From Fibrobacteraceae bacterium (GTDB taxonomy: Bacteria > Fibrobacterota > Fibrobacteria > Fibrobacterales > Fibrobacteraceae): DNA of 64,000 nt. The translations under genes and the position numbers were made by a program. The notes beneath the pieces are model-generated. The model saw nothing but the letters and a program-made list of their open reading frames with translations. It was not told where the DNA came from and ran no database searches. The stretch is from positions 13,514-77,513 of the forward strand of contig JAZQSE010000012.1 in assembly GCA_045629945.1 (NCBI GenBank), in the 5' to 3' direction. Below, one piece after another: positions 1-9,956 of this stretch; the first letter of the stretch is position 1; the number at the start of each line of letters is the position of its first letter.

Positions 1-1181
1 GTTTTGTCTCTCTGTTGATAAACCTCAACAAATTTCTTTGCTAACGGAATGTCGTTATGTATTTCTTTATGATATTCTATTTTATCATACCATTTTTCAA
101 ACACTGGCGTAAAATTATCAAAATTTGGATTTGCTCCTGGAATTACAATCCGATTATAACCAGCCTCTCCTAAAATCTCGGGCAATCCTTTTGCATTGTA
201 TTCATAAGTTGCAAAATATTTTTCGGTATGACTCCATATTCCACTTTGCATTCCAAGCAAGCCCTCTGTTGATGGAAAACCTACAGAATACGTATAAGGA
301 AAATAAATGCCGTTTTGAGCAAGGCTAATATAATTCGGTAATTTTTCTTGTGCAAACAAAGTCCGAATATCAAAGACCCAACCTCTCAAAGATTCTATCG
401 TTAAAAATATTATATCAGGTTTTTCATTTATATCTAAGAATTTAAAATCTGAAATATTGGAAGATTCTTCTTTAAGAAACGGATACTTTGCTTTTGGATT
501 TCCACCTAAAAACACGATTCCTTTTTCATAATCAATCGGCTTTGTCTTATGTGTTTTTGAATAAATTATTTCATTATAAATATGAGTGTAAAAAGGGCGT
601 ATTCTATCTCGTCTTTGTCTATCTTTAAGAGGCTTGTAAAAAGCATATTGCATCGCAAATGTTGAGAGCAATATTAAAATTAATACAGCTATAAGTTTGT
701 TTTTTCTGCTATGAAAATCAAATTTTATTTTCTTGATAACAAAATAAGACGCAAGCAAAGCAAAGAATAAAATTAATGCGTTTAGCACAAATGAAAGAAG
801 TCCGCCTTGAATGATATTAACAACTAAGTTCATATCACTAGCAGCACCGGCATAAGTTTTAAAATAGCCTATTGTGAAACGTCTGCTTAACCAACGAATA
901 AGTTCAGAATCAAAAATGGATAATAAAAGATAAACCCCAAAAATTGATGTTTGAATAGTTAAAAAAATTCGTTTATTTCGTTTTAAAATTAAACTGATAA
1001 TTAAAAACAAAATCGTAATAAACCCAAGTGCTGCAAAATCAGCAGCAATACTTCTTTTTATTAAAACAAAGATACCTGATTCTGTTAAAACCGAACCATT
1101 TGGCGTTTTTAACGCATACAATAAACACAAATTAAAAAAACGTGCAAGAAGGAAAACAACAAGTATTATCAAATATGGCAT
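1..1181 (-). CDS. Sulfatase-family membrane transferase (LtaS / phosphoglycerol- or phosphoethanolamine-transferase-like); C-terminal part lies beyond the window edge
   Basis: Absent from the ORF track because its stop lies left of the window. Hand translation of the minus strand from ATG 1181-1179 gives MPYLIILVVFLLARFFNLCLLY..., then about five hydrophobic helices. KPDIIFLTIESLRGW and GFPSTEGLLGMQSG blocks follow, typical of the alkaline-phosphatase/sulfatase superfamily. The frame stays open to position 1. The start overlaps the upstream stop by 13 nt. Confidence 0.65.
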   Translation of the reverse strand, partial: MPYLIILVVFLLARFFNLCLLYALKTPNGSVLTESGIFVLIKRSIAADFAALGFITILFLIISLILKRNKRIFLTIQTSIFGVYLLLSIFDSELIRWLSRRFTIGYFKTYAGAASDMNLVVNIIQGGLLSFVLNALILFFALLASYFVIKKIKFDFHSRKNKLIAVLILILLSTFAMQYAFYKPLKDRQRRDRIRPFYTHIYNEIIYSKTHKTKPIDYEKGIVFLGGNPKAKYPFLKEESSNISDFKFLDINEKPDIIFLTIESLRGWVFDIRTLFAQEKLPNYISLAQNGIYFPYTYSVGFPSTEGLLGMQSGIWSHTEKYFATYEYNAKGLPEILGEAGYNRIVIPGANPNFDNFTPVFEKWYDKIEYHKEIHNDIPLAKKFVEVYQQRDK

Positions 1182-2218
1182 AACTTCATTACTTTAGAAT
1201 TAAATTTTTTGATAAAATATGAAATACAAATGGCTCCCAAAACGCTAAAAACTGCAACTAAAAATTGATTATCTAATTGAACAGAATAAATTGATGATTT
1301 ATAACCCGGATTTACAAATTTATAAGTATTGTTTAATGGTAACATTATTAAATAATGACATAGATAAATTTCATAAGAAATCTTTCCACAAAAAGCAAGA
1401 ACTTTGCTTTTTAAATGTGTTCGATACATTACCAAAACTAATAAAGAAACAATACTTAACGATGCGATTTGTTGCATTATTGTTCTAGATACTTTCACAT
1501 AAAGCAACGCTATAGACAAAGTGGTCACAAAGGTTATCGCGAGAATAAAATATTTATCCTTAATTATTTTTTCAACAAATTCTTTCTTGTATGCAATCAA
1601 AATTCCTAATAAAAATGGCAAATTTGAACAATACCAAACAATACTACTTACATGAACAATTTCTTTACAATAAATAATGTATGCTATATTAAATACTGAA
1701 ATTAAACAAATCGCTTTTTTTACTGAGAAAAATTTAAAGAAAATATAAAATGCTAAATAAAAGACAGCAATTGTACAAACATACCACGCTACCGTTACAA
1801 TTCTACCACCTTCTAAATAAGGGAAAATAAAACTTAACAAGATTTCTTTAAATTCAAAAGTATGGCCTAAAATAAAAAACCATACTATATATAACAAGGT
1901 AGCCACCCAATACGGAATCATTAAACTCAAAAAACGTTTTTTCAAAAAACCTTTTAAATAATCTTTCTTTTTCAAAAATCCATACATTAATCCGTAACCA
2001 GAAAAGAAATAAAATATGGCAACAAACAAATACCCATGCCTATAAAAAACCGGGATTCCAGTATGACATAATACAACACTTATCGCAGCAAATCCTCGTA
2101 CAACCAAGGCATTATCTAAAGACAATGTTTCTTTATACAAATCTCTTTTAAAAAAATCAGCTTTCCAAAAAAACAAAATCAATAAAATTATAGGCAATGT
2201 ATAAATTAAGTTCTGCAT
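1169..2218 (-). CDS. Acyltransferase family 3 membrane protein (polysaccharide O-acyltransferase)
   Basis: 349 aa and about 10 hydrophobic helices. The N-terminal block ALVVRGFAAISVVLCHTG matches the conserved RG...A...V...H of acyltransferase_3 enzymes. It sits in a glycan locus. Confidence 0.75.
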   Translation of the reverse strand: MQNLIYTLPIILLILFFWKADFFKRDLYKETLSLDNALVVRGFAAISVVLCHTGIPVFYRHGYLFVAIFYFFSGYGLMYGFLKKKDYLKGFLKKRFLSLMIPYWVATLLYIVWFFILGHTFEFKEILLSFIFPYLEGGRIVTVAWYVCTIAVFYLAFYIFFKFFSVKKAICLISVFNIAYIIYCKEIVHVSSIVWYCSNLPFLLGILIAYKKEFVEKIIKDKYFILAITFVTTLSIALLYVKVSRTIMQQIASLSIVSLLVLVMYRTHLKSKVLAFCGKISYEIYLCHYLIMLPLNNTYKFVNPGYKSSIYSVQLDNQFLVAVFSVLGAICISYFIKKFNSKVMKLCHI

Positions 2219-3750
2219 AATTTCCTCTTCATTTTTCCCATAAATTCAAAGACAAATTTTTGTTCATTTTTATCTAAAACAAACAGATAAAATGTAAGTA
2301 TTTGTAAAACAGAAGAAACTACAAGCGTAAAAATCAAACTTCCCCAGTTTGTAAGATGAAATAAATCAGGTAAATTCCACAACACACATAAAATCAATAT
2401 GGTTAATGGAGCAAGTCTAAATGGGACAGCTTTACAAAATTCAGACGCATTCATCCCTGAGTATTTTGCTGCAAAATAAATGCGAGCAACAACCACTAAA
2501 AAATCCGAGAGAAAAATTCCTATAAAAACACTATAAGGTGAAGCGCCCATTTTCAACAATACCAATGCTATCGGAAAAACAATCAGATTTAAAATACTCA
2601 AAGTTATTCTATATACTTTTATTTTCCCGATTCCATCTATTAAAAAATTCAACCCTCGTGCTAGCATAATCATTAAATTTGTTCCTAAAACTAACCGACA
2701 AAAATGTGCTGCATAATCAGGGACATTTTTTAGCCATAACGAAAGAATAAAATCTGCTTCTATAATCAATGGTATTGAAAGTAACGCCATGAGCAAATAG
2801 GAAAATTTGCATACCGTTGTAGAAAGCTTTATACTTTTATCTATAAATCCATCACCAATATTTCGCATCACTTGCGGATTTGATGATTTAAAAATCATTT
2901 CAGAAAAGAACCCAATATTTTGCCGAACTTGTGTAGATACGCCATAAGCCGCATTTACACCTGTACCAAAAAACAGGTTCAGAACAACTGGAATACCTTC
3001 CCCTTTTGCAATATGACACACGCTTTCTACAGTAATCCAGCCCGAATAACAAGCCATTTCTTTTAGCAATTTAAAATCGACTACTCCTAATCTAATTTTT
3101 GTTTCTTTGTATTTATAATGACTATAAAGCCTTTTAAGTGTCCGGCAAGAAACCATCATCAAAGCCATTAACAAACCATAAGTCATTAATTTATCAACAG
3201 GAGTATAAAAAAGATAAATGGCGATTAAAAGTTTTAATACAGATTCCAAAACACTGAATAAAGAAAAAACAAGCATGTTTTCTTTTGCATTCATTATCGC
3301 ATCATAAGGTACTGCAATAACTGAAAAAAAGGTGCTTGCAACCATGCAATGAAAAACAAATTTAGCGGCAGCCAATCTTGAAGATTCAATATTTAAGAAT
3401 CCATCAAATAAAAACAAACCACAAATTTCTAAAACAATAACAAAAAGGATTCCGATTAAAACATGTAATATTAAAGACGTATTAAAAACTTTTCCTAATT
3501 GTTCTGTTCCCTTACCACGATTATAAGACAAGTATCGTTGCGTAGCTGTTGCCATTGCTTTATTTAAAAAAGATAAAGCACCAATAACACCGCCCACTAA
3601 TGCGTAAATACCAAAATCATTTGTTCCAAGAGCATTTAAAATTAATCGTGTTGAAAATAATGCAATAAAAATATTCAAAAACATTTTTGAATATAAAATT
3701 CCGGTATTTAAAATAATTCTTGAGGAATTTTGCATTATAAATTCATCCAA
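2206..3750 (-). CDS. wzx: Wzx-like MOP-superfamily polysaccharide flippase
   Basis: 514 aa, highly hydrophobic with about 12-14 helices, sitting between glycan transferases. An alternative start at ATG 3735 would form a TAATG stop/start overlap with the upstream gene. Confidence 0.7.
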   Translation of the reverse strand: MDEFIMQNSSRIILNTGILYSKMFLNIFIALFSTRLILNALGTNDFGIYALVGGVIGALSFLNKAMATATQRYLSYNRGKGTEQLGKVFNTSLILHVLIGILFVIVLEICGLFLFDGFLNIESSRLAAAKFVFHCMVASTFFSVIAVPYDAIMNAKENMLVFSLFSVLESVLKLLIAIYLFYTPVDKLMTYGLLMALMMVSCRTLKRLYSHYKYKETKIRLGVVDFKLLKEMACYSGWITVESVCHIAKGEGIPVVLNLFFGTGVNAAYGVSTQVRQNIGFFSEMIFKSSNPQVMRNIGDGFIDKSIKLSTTVCKFSYLLMALLSIPLIIEADFILSLWLKNVPDYAAHFCRLVLGTNLMIMLARGLNFLIDGIGKIKVYRITLSILNLIVFPIALVLLKMGASPYSVFIGIFLSDFLVVVARIYFAAKYSGMNASEFCKAVPFRLAPLTILILCVLWNLPDLFHLTNWGSLIFTLVVSSVLQILTFYLFVLDKNEQKFVFEFMGKMKRKLCRT

Positions 3751-4892
3751 GTTTCAATTTGCTTAGAAGCAATTTCTGTGGCATTACCCTTTTCCATCAG
3801 GCCAACATCTTTAAAAAATTTAACTAAATCATCTTCAAATTGCTTTTGATTAAACTTTAAAATATTCATTTCAAGTTCATCATTATTTTCTGCCACTGAA
3901 AAAGGTAGTTCTTTTAATTCAAAATAAAAATCTCTGTCATTTTTATAAGCTAAAATATCATTCGCAAATATAAAGCAAGGTCTCTTTAGCAAAGCATAAT
4001 CAAACATGCAACTTGAATAATCAGTAATCAATGCGCTAGCTTCTAAAAGTAATTTTTGCATATCCGGATAATTTGTTGCATCAATAACAGAACTATTAAA
4101 TTCAATGTTATGTTTTAATTTCATAGCCATTGGGTGCAAACGAACTAAAAGAACCCATTTTTCACTCGTTTTATTTTCTAACACTTCTAAAATTTTTTTT
4201 GCATCAATGTTATAGCATTCAACACTATCATCTGCTCTAAATGTCGGAGCATATAAAAGAATATTAATCTTTGAATTTAATTTATAATACTCATGAATTT
4301 CATTAACGTTTTGATTTTTAAAGAAAATATCATTCCTTGGCAACCCACTTTCTAACAAAGTCCCTTTGTAAAAAAATGCTCGCTTATAAAGTTCAGAAGC
4401 CCACTTACTGTTTGACAAAAAAACATCTATTAAAGCAGAATTCACACGAACTCTTTTCATATATGCAGCATCTAAACTTTCTTTTACATCGCCTTCAACT
4501 TTTTTTAAGCCAATCCCACCATGCCATGTTTCCATATAAAACTGATTTTTCCTCTTCCGAGTAAATGCAAACTTTGTATGACTATCCACCCAAACTTTTG
4601 CCGTAGCCAATTCGTAAATCATTTTCAATGAGTGCATCCCAAATACAACTTTACGCGTTCCTTCTGGTAATTCTGGATTGTATTTAGGATGACAAAGCCA
4701 AACTATATCTAAATCTGGGTATTTATTTTGTAAGTAATCAGATATACTTCTTGTACTATCACCACAACGTTTTCCACTAAAATTACAAAAGACTATTTTG
4801 TTCTTTTTTATAGGAAAAAGTCTAAAAAAATAAAACAGAAATATTTTGAACTTTTCCGATTTGCGCAAAGGCTTGAATATTTTTTTTAGCAT
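3735..4892 (-). CDS. TagB/TagF-family CDP-alditol (glycerol/ribitol) phosphotransferase
   Basis: 385 aa. Contains METWHGGIGLKK, LYAPTFR, LVRLHP and ITDYSSCMFDY blocks, characteristic of teichoic-acid-type glycerophosphotransferases. Confidence 0.8.
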   Translation of the reverse strand: MLKKIFKPLRKSEKFKIFLFYFFRLFPIKKNKIVFCNFSGKRCGDSTRSISDYLQNKYPDLDIVWLCHPKYNPELPEGTRKVVFGMHSLKMIYELATAKVWVDSHTKFAFTRKRKNQFYMETWHGGIGLKKVEGDVKESLDAAYMKRVRVNSALIDVFLSNSKWASELYKRAFFYKGTLLESGLPRNDIFFKNQNVNEIHEYYKLNSKINILLYAPTFRADDSVECYNIDAKKILEVLENKTSEKWVLLVRLHPMAMKLKHNIEFNSSVIDATNYPDMQKLLLEASALITDYSSCMFDYALLKRPCFIFANDILAYKNDRDFYFELKELPFSVAENNDELEMNILKFNQKQFEDDLVKFFKDVGLMEKGNATEIASKQIETWMNL

Positions 4893-6055
4893 AATTCAAC
4901 CCCTTTTAGTGCATCTTCAAAATTTTCACTAGAACAAAGCTTATGAATCAAAAGTGCACAACGTTCTGAAGCGTTCCCATCATCTTTTAACGTGTGCTTT
5001 GCAAAAAAATCATTTACTTTTTTCAAATAGGAAGGTTCTTCAAAATTTAAAATAGCTCTTTCTAACTCATCATTATTTAAAGCACAATAAAAAGGTAATT
5101 CATTTATTTCAAATAATAATCCACGTTCATTTATATAACTCTTAATATCTGGAGCAAACATAAATGCTGGTTTTCTGGAGATTAAGAAATCAAACATACA
5201 GCTTGAATAATCGGTAATAATAGAATCACTATAGGCTAACAATTCTTGAATATCAGGATAATCAGTAGCGTTCAATGTGTATTCATTGTAAAGATTTTTT
5301 CCTTCACAATGTTTTTTTGCCCAAGGATGCAATCGCAACAAACAAATCCAGTGACCGCCAAATTTATTTTCATACGCCTTTAAAATTCTTTTGATATCAA
5401 GCCCTGAATCCCATGCAGCAGTATCCTTTCTGAACGTTGGTGCGTAGAACAAGACCTTAGTTTCGCTTTTTAAATTAAAATATTTGCAAACCACATCTTC
5501 TTTTGGTTTAACAATCAAATCATTTCTAGGGTAACCAAACTCTGCTATTTTCCCACTATACCAAAAAGCACGTTTATAAACACCTGTACAAAAACCACTA
5601 TTTGAAATCATTAAATCAATTAATGGCGAATCATGCAACGCTTGTTTCACTGCTTGTGGACTAATTTTATCAACAGCATCTCTTTCACATTTTTTTACAC
5701 CTATCGCTCCATGCCAGGTTTGAATATAAAACTGACCCTTTCTTTTTTTTGCAAAAATACTTCTACGAACATTAGTAACCCAAATTTTTGCAGTTACTTG
5801 TTCATAAATAGATTGAATGGATTCAAATTTTACAAGTTTTATATAATCAGGAAACCCATTTTCAAATCCATTCTGAACTTGAAATACAATTTTATATTCC
5901 GGATACAATTCATGAAGTTTTTCTGCAATGTATTTTGGATTACACCCAAATGAGCGACCATTATAGTTATCAAAAAAAATCTTGTTTTTCTGAATAGTAA
6001 AAATCCTAAACACAAAGAAACACAAGCGTTTAATGAAAAGCTTTATACTTCTCAT
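4886..6055 (-). CDS. Second TagB/TagF-family CDP-alditol phosphotransferase (paralog of 3735-4892)
   Basis: Carries the same blocks: IQTWHGAIGVKK, FYAPTFR, LLRLHP, ITDYSSCMFDF. The track ORF starts at GTG 6073. I prefer ATG 6055, preceded by AAGGA, giving MRSIKLF.... Confidence 0.8.
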   Translation of the reverse strand: MRSIKLFIKRLCFFVFRIFTIQKNKIFFDNYNGRSFGCNPKYIAEKLHELYPEYKIVFQVQNGFENGFPDYIKLVKFESIQSIYEQVTAKIWVTNVRRSIFAKKRKGQFYIQTWHGAIGVKKCERDAVDKISPQAVKQALHDSPLIDLMISNSGFCTGVYKRAFWYSGKIAEFGYPRNDLIVKPKEDVVCKYFNLKSETKVLFYAPTFRKDTAAWDSGLDIKRILKAYENKFGGHWICLLRLHPWAKKHCEGKNLYNEYTLNATDYPDIQELLAYSDSIITDYSSCMFDFLISRKPAFMFAPDIKSYINERGLLFEINELPFYCALNNDELERAILNFEEPSYLKKVNDFFAKHTLKDDGNASERCALLIHKLCSSENFEDALKGVELC

Positions 6056-6057
6056 AT

Positions 6058-7128
6058 TTATTCCTTTGTGCACAACATACTTTGCATTAATCGTCTATAC
6101 GATTCTTCTAAACTAACCGTTGGTTTCCAGCCAAGATTTTGCATTTTTGCAGAAGACAAATGGAGTTCAGTATCTGGAGCATAGCCATAAGTCAACGAAC
6201 TTTCTGGGACATCAAAAACAACTTTAATGTTATTGCCGGCCAATTTTGAAGCAACCATTTGAGCCATATCTTTAATACGAATATTTGATTCTTCGTTTGA
6301 AATAGTATAAGCTTCGCCAGCACAACCTCTTGTCAAAAGAATCAAAATACCAATAATTGTATCTCTTGTATAACAATAATTTCCAAAAGACATTCCTGTC
6401 GTATGTAAAATTATATCTCGCTTTTCAAGGGCACTTTTGGCAAATTGAGCAAAGACACGGTTTTCCGAATAATGTATTCCTGCGCCAAAAGTTTGCGACA
6501 AGCGAGCTACTTTAATTGGCACATTATATTCACTTGCATAAGCAGCACATAAACATTCAGAAAGCCTTTTACTTTCTGGATAACAGCTTCGGACATTTTC
6601 TAGATCAATAAAACCTAAATCTTTTTCTTCTGCTTTTTTTTCAGACGCTTGAACAATACCAAAAGCTTCCATTGAAGATAAGTAAACAGCACCTTTGGCA
6701 TTCTTATTTTTTGCTAATTCTAAAAAATTCTGCGTCCCATTGATAGCCGTTTGAATAACTTCCACAGGTTTTGTTACAAATTCCTTTGACGCTGTTGCGC
6801 TAGCGGTATGAATTAAGTAATCAACTTCTTCTTTGACTTCAAAAACTTTTGTAACATCACCTTCAATAATTTTCAAATCAGAGCGATTAAAGATATCAGC
6901 AAAAACCACTTTTGCTTTTTCAACATTCCGAGCACATGCTAAAATTTTAATATTGCTTTTATAAATTCGATTCCGACAAGCAAGGGCTTTTATTATCTGA
7001 GAGCCAATTAAGCCTGTTGCTCCTGTAACTAAAATAGTGGAACCATCTAATAGATTCCAATCTACGTCTGAACTAGCAATTATTTCTAAATCTTCTTGCA
7101 ATATGTTATCTTTTTTAGCTTCTAGCAT
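6058..7128 (-). CDS. Extended SDR NAD(P)-dependent reductase/epimerase, likely the reductase of a CDP-alditol pathway
   Basis: Rossmann motif VTGATGLIGSQI and catalytic YPESK (YxxxK). It lies 2 nt from the cytidylyltransferase gene. Confidence 0.7.
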   Translation of the reverse strand: MLEAKKDNILQEDLEIIASSDVDWNLLDGSTILVTGATGLIGSQIIKALACRNRIYKSNIKILACARNVEKAKVVFADIFNRSDLKIIEGDVTKVFEVKEEVDYLIHTASATASKEFVTKPVEVIQTAINGTQNFLELAKNKNAKGAVYLSSMEAFGIVQASEKKAEEKDLGFIDLENVRSCYPESKRLSECLCAAYASEYNVPIKVARLSQTFGAGIHYSENRVFAQFAKSALEKRDIILHTTGMSFGNYCYTRDTIIGILILLTRGCAGEAYTISNEESNIRIKDMAQMVASKLAGNNIKVVFDVPESSLTYGYAPDTELHLSSAKMQNLGWKPTVSLEESYRRLMQSMLCTKE

Positions 7129-7130
7129 AA

Positions 7131-7856
7131 TTAAAATCCAAAAATTTGAGAATTTTCGCGGATTTCATAGATTGCTCTAAACAAATAAAAATCCATTGGC
7201 GTTGTAATTTTAATATTCTCTACAGGTCCATCAACTGTCGTTAAATCAAAACCATAATGTTGCATTAAACTAGCAGAATCAATCATATTAGTATTTCCAT
7301 CAGCAATAGCTTTTATATGAACTTCAAATATATCTTTCATGAAAAAACTTTGCGGAGCTCGAGCCAGTTTGCAATCTTTTCTGTCCATAATCTTAGTTAT
7401 GGAATTTTTAGAATCTGTAGAAACTATTGTTTCTATCGCCGGAGCTACGGTAATTGCAGAACCATTTTCTTTAACGCATAAAATATTATCTGTAATCAAC
7501 TGTTCAGAAATTAATGGACGGACTCCATCATGAATCAAAACTATTGAATCTTTATATTCATCATTATCATGTATCGCTTTTAATCCATTATAAATAGATG
7601 CTTGACCAGTTTCTCCACCAGGAACAACAAACTTCACTTTTTTAAAATGATACCTTTCCAACAATTCTTTAAGATATTCTATCCAGTCTTCGACACAAAC
7701 AATACATATTGCATCTATTTCTCTATGCCGTTCAAAATATTCTAATGTATGAATGATAATAGCTCTGCCGTTTAATTCCAAAAACTGCTTTGGTCGTTGT
7801 TTAGAATTCATTCGAGAGCCGACACCACCAGCAAATATCAAACCAACATTTTTCAT
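7131..7856 (-). CDS. IspD/TarI-family cytidylyltransferase (CDP-ribitol / CDP-alditol synthase type)
   Basis: 241 aa. Has N-terminal GLIFAGGVGSRM...PKQF and VLIHDGVRP blocks typical of IspD/TarI nucleotidyltransferases. Confidence 0.8.
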   Translation of the reverse strand: MKNVGLIFAGGVGSRMNSKQRPKQFLELNGRAIIIHTLEYFERHREIDAICIVCVEDWIEYLKELLERYHFKKVKFVVPGGETGQASIYNGLKAIHDNDEYKDSIVLIHDGVRPLISEQLITDNILCVKENGSAITVAPAIETIVSTDSKNSITKIMDRKDCKLARAPQSFFMKDIFEVHIKAIADGNTNMIDSASLMQHYGFDLTTVDGPVENIKITTPMDFYLFRAIYEIRENSQIFGF

Positions 7857-7869
7857 ACAATTCTACCTA

Positions 7870-9495
7870 CTAAAATTCCAACAATAATCCGCCATGGACA
7901 TAAATATGGTTACCGCGTTTCCGCAATTTTTCATAACCAGCAAGAATCAGAATAGAAGAGCGGTCTCCATTTTTGATATCTACGCCTCCGCCAAGTTTCC
8001 AAATCAAACGTTTATCGTTTCCAAATGCGTAGCCATAATCACCAGTAAAAACCGGTAAAACGGTTGAACCAAAAGGTAAACGTAACCAAATAGATGCGGT
8101 CACCGGCACATAATATTTACCATAAATATCCTGATAACCGCTACCGATTCCAAAGAAAACCATTTGGTCAAAACGATACCATAAATGCCCTGTTACATCT
8201 AAATTAAACAAAAGGTCTTCTCTGTCTTCTAAAGAAGAAAGTGTCCCTACTTCTGCAGAAAAGCCGACATCGGCAAACGAATCGGTTGGTGTCAAAAATG
8301 AAAACGCAAAAACAAGCCCTAACACAGACAAGATAGTCGAAGAAAATGTTTTTTCTTCACTACGAGCTTCACGGGCCCAACCGCCACCAGTCTGTTTACA
8401 AAACGACAAGAAAAATCCTTTTAACATAGCCATATTCATAGATAAAAAATAATAAGCCTGTGGAATAATTTTAAGTAACGCCAATAAAAAGAACAAGAGA
8501 ATAGCACCAAAAACAGCGATATAAAATGGTGAAGCAGAAAAAGCAAGCACCGCTGAAGACAAAATGCACAAAATTCCTAAATGAGGCGAGAACCAACGCA
8601 ACAATTTATGTGAAAAGAATAAATACGCTAAAAGCGGACGAAAGGGATTTAGCAAAGGTAAATAAGAGAAGAGATAATTGAAATTAGCTCGCCCGATTCT
8701 CACTTTTCTACGGTATTCCCCAGAAGCTTCTTTTGAAGTGACTTCGGTACCAATAGCTCCATTTACAAATGTGCAATAATAACCTTTTTGCAAAATTTTC
8801 ACTGTTACAAAAAAGTCATCCATAACGCTTTTTTTCACAGGGAGCGCCGTATAAAGTTCTCGACGAATGGCATACAAAGCACCATTACCGCCAATTAAAC
8901 GATCAAGCATTCCTTCAAATTTTTTGATTTCAGATTCTAAATCCCAGTAAGCACTTTCGCCTTTACCTAAAGGCGTTCCACTCAAATCAGAAAGAATTAA
9001 ATGGCCACACACGCATCCAATTTTGGAATCATTAAATGGTGCAACCAACTGACGCACCACATTAGGGAAAAACATTGTATTTGCATCACAGAATAAAAGA
9101 ATTTCTCCCGATGCTTTTTGTTGCAACCGATTTAACATTGCCGCTTTACCGGCATTTTTTTCTGCGCGAATTAAAGTGATGCCGCGCTCTGAAAAACGCT
9201 CTACAATTTCAGCCGTTTTATCTGCCGAGCCATCGTCTCCTATTAAAATTTCCAAGAGCTCTTTTGGGTAATCGATTTCTAAAAGATTTTCAATTTTTCT
9301 TTCAATTATACTTTCTTCATTATAGGCTGAAATCAGTATAGACACTTTGGGCAAAGCGACTTTCTTTTCCGAGGATTTTCTTTTAAAAATTTCACTGAGC
9401 CAGGGTAATGATAAAGGGAAAAGTATATAGCAATGCACTAAAAGCACAAGTGCACTCCAAAAAACAATCGTCGCAACCAGCAAATATGTTTCCAT
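7870..9495 (-). CDS. Membrane GT2 synthase-type glycosyltransferase fused to a C-terminal OMP-like 8-strand beta-barrel segment
   Basis: GT2 blocks: ISAYNEE, DDGSADKT, FCDAN, GGNGALYAIRRELY, and RRKVRIGR resembling the Q/RxxRW of processive synthases. Four to five TM helices follow, then a signal-peptide-like STILSVLGLVFAFSFLTPTDSFA. The last 133 aa have an alternating amphipathic pattern and end GGLLLEF. Confidence 0.75.
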   Translation of the reverse strand: METYLLVATIVFWSALVLLVHCYILFPLSLPWLSEIFKRKSSEKKVALPKVSILISAYNEESIIERKIENLLEIDYPKELLEILIGDDGSADKTAEIVERFSERGITLIRAEKNAGKAAMLNRLQQKASGEILLFCDANTMFFPNVVRQLVAPFNDSKIGCVCGHLILSDLSGTPLGKGESAYWDLESEIKKFEGMLDRLIGGNGALYAIRRELYTALPVKKSVMDDFFVTVKILQKGYYCTFVNGAIGTEVTSKEASGEYRRKVRIGRANFNYLFSYLPLLNPFRPLLAYLFFSHKLLRWFSPHLGILCILSSAVLAFSASPFYIAVFGAILLFFLLALLKIIPQAYYFLSMNMAMLKGFFLSFCKQTGGGWAREARSEEKTFSSTILSVLGLVFAFSFLTPTDSFADVGFSAEVGTLSSLEDREDLLFNLDVTGHLWYRFDQMVFFGIGSGYQDIYGKYYVPVTASIWLRLPFGSTVLPVFTGDYGYAFGNDKRLIWKLGGGVDIKNGDRSSILILAGYEKLRKRGNHIYVHGGLLLEF

Positions 9496-9956
9496 TAAAA
9501 CACCCCTTTCTTTTTAGAGTTTTTCCGGAAGCCTTCATAAAGAATTTTATCTAAAAAACGCAACATTCCCTCTTTTCCCATAGCACCACTCAATGAAAGT
9601 AGCGATACTCCAGAATAATCTAGAATAACATAGCTGGGGATTCCTTGTAATTTTAAAACGCTTGTGTAACATTCTTTTATAGGAACATTCTTGCTTTCAC
9701 AAAAAACAGAATCCATAGAATCAACATTCAAACGAACGGCATAAAAATTGTCTTTTATTTTTTTCTGCACTTCTTTGTCTGAAAAAACATTGGCCTGCAT
9801 TACTTGACAAGGCACACACCAATCGGCATAGTATTCAATAAATAGTGGGCGTTTATCTTTTTTAGCTAGCGTTAAAGCCTCTTGCATAGGTTTCCAGAAA
9901 GTGTCTGCAAAAGAAAATCCAAGAAACAAAAATATTCCTAAAAAAAATGCTTTCAT
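9495..9956 (-). CDS. Periplasmic thioredoxin-fold protein (CxxC)
   Basis: Signal peptide MKAFFLGIFLFLGFSFA and active-site-like WCVPCQ. Its stop overlaps the GT2 ATG as TAATG. Confidence 0.7.
   Translation of the reverse strand: MKAFFLGIFLFLGFSFADTFWKPMQEALTLAKKDKRPLFIEYYADWCVPCQVMQANVFSDKEVQKKIKDNFYAVRLNVDSMDSVFCESKNVPIKECYTSVLKLQGIPSYVILDYSGVSLLSLSGAMGKEGMLRFLDKILYEGFRKNSKKKGVF

Noticed and set aside
125-328. A 67-aa plus-strand ORF, the only track entry in the first 1.1 kb.
   Set aside because: It lies antisense inside the long open minus-strand frame encoding the sulfatase-family protein.
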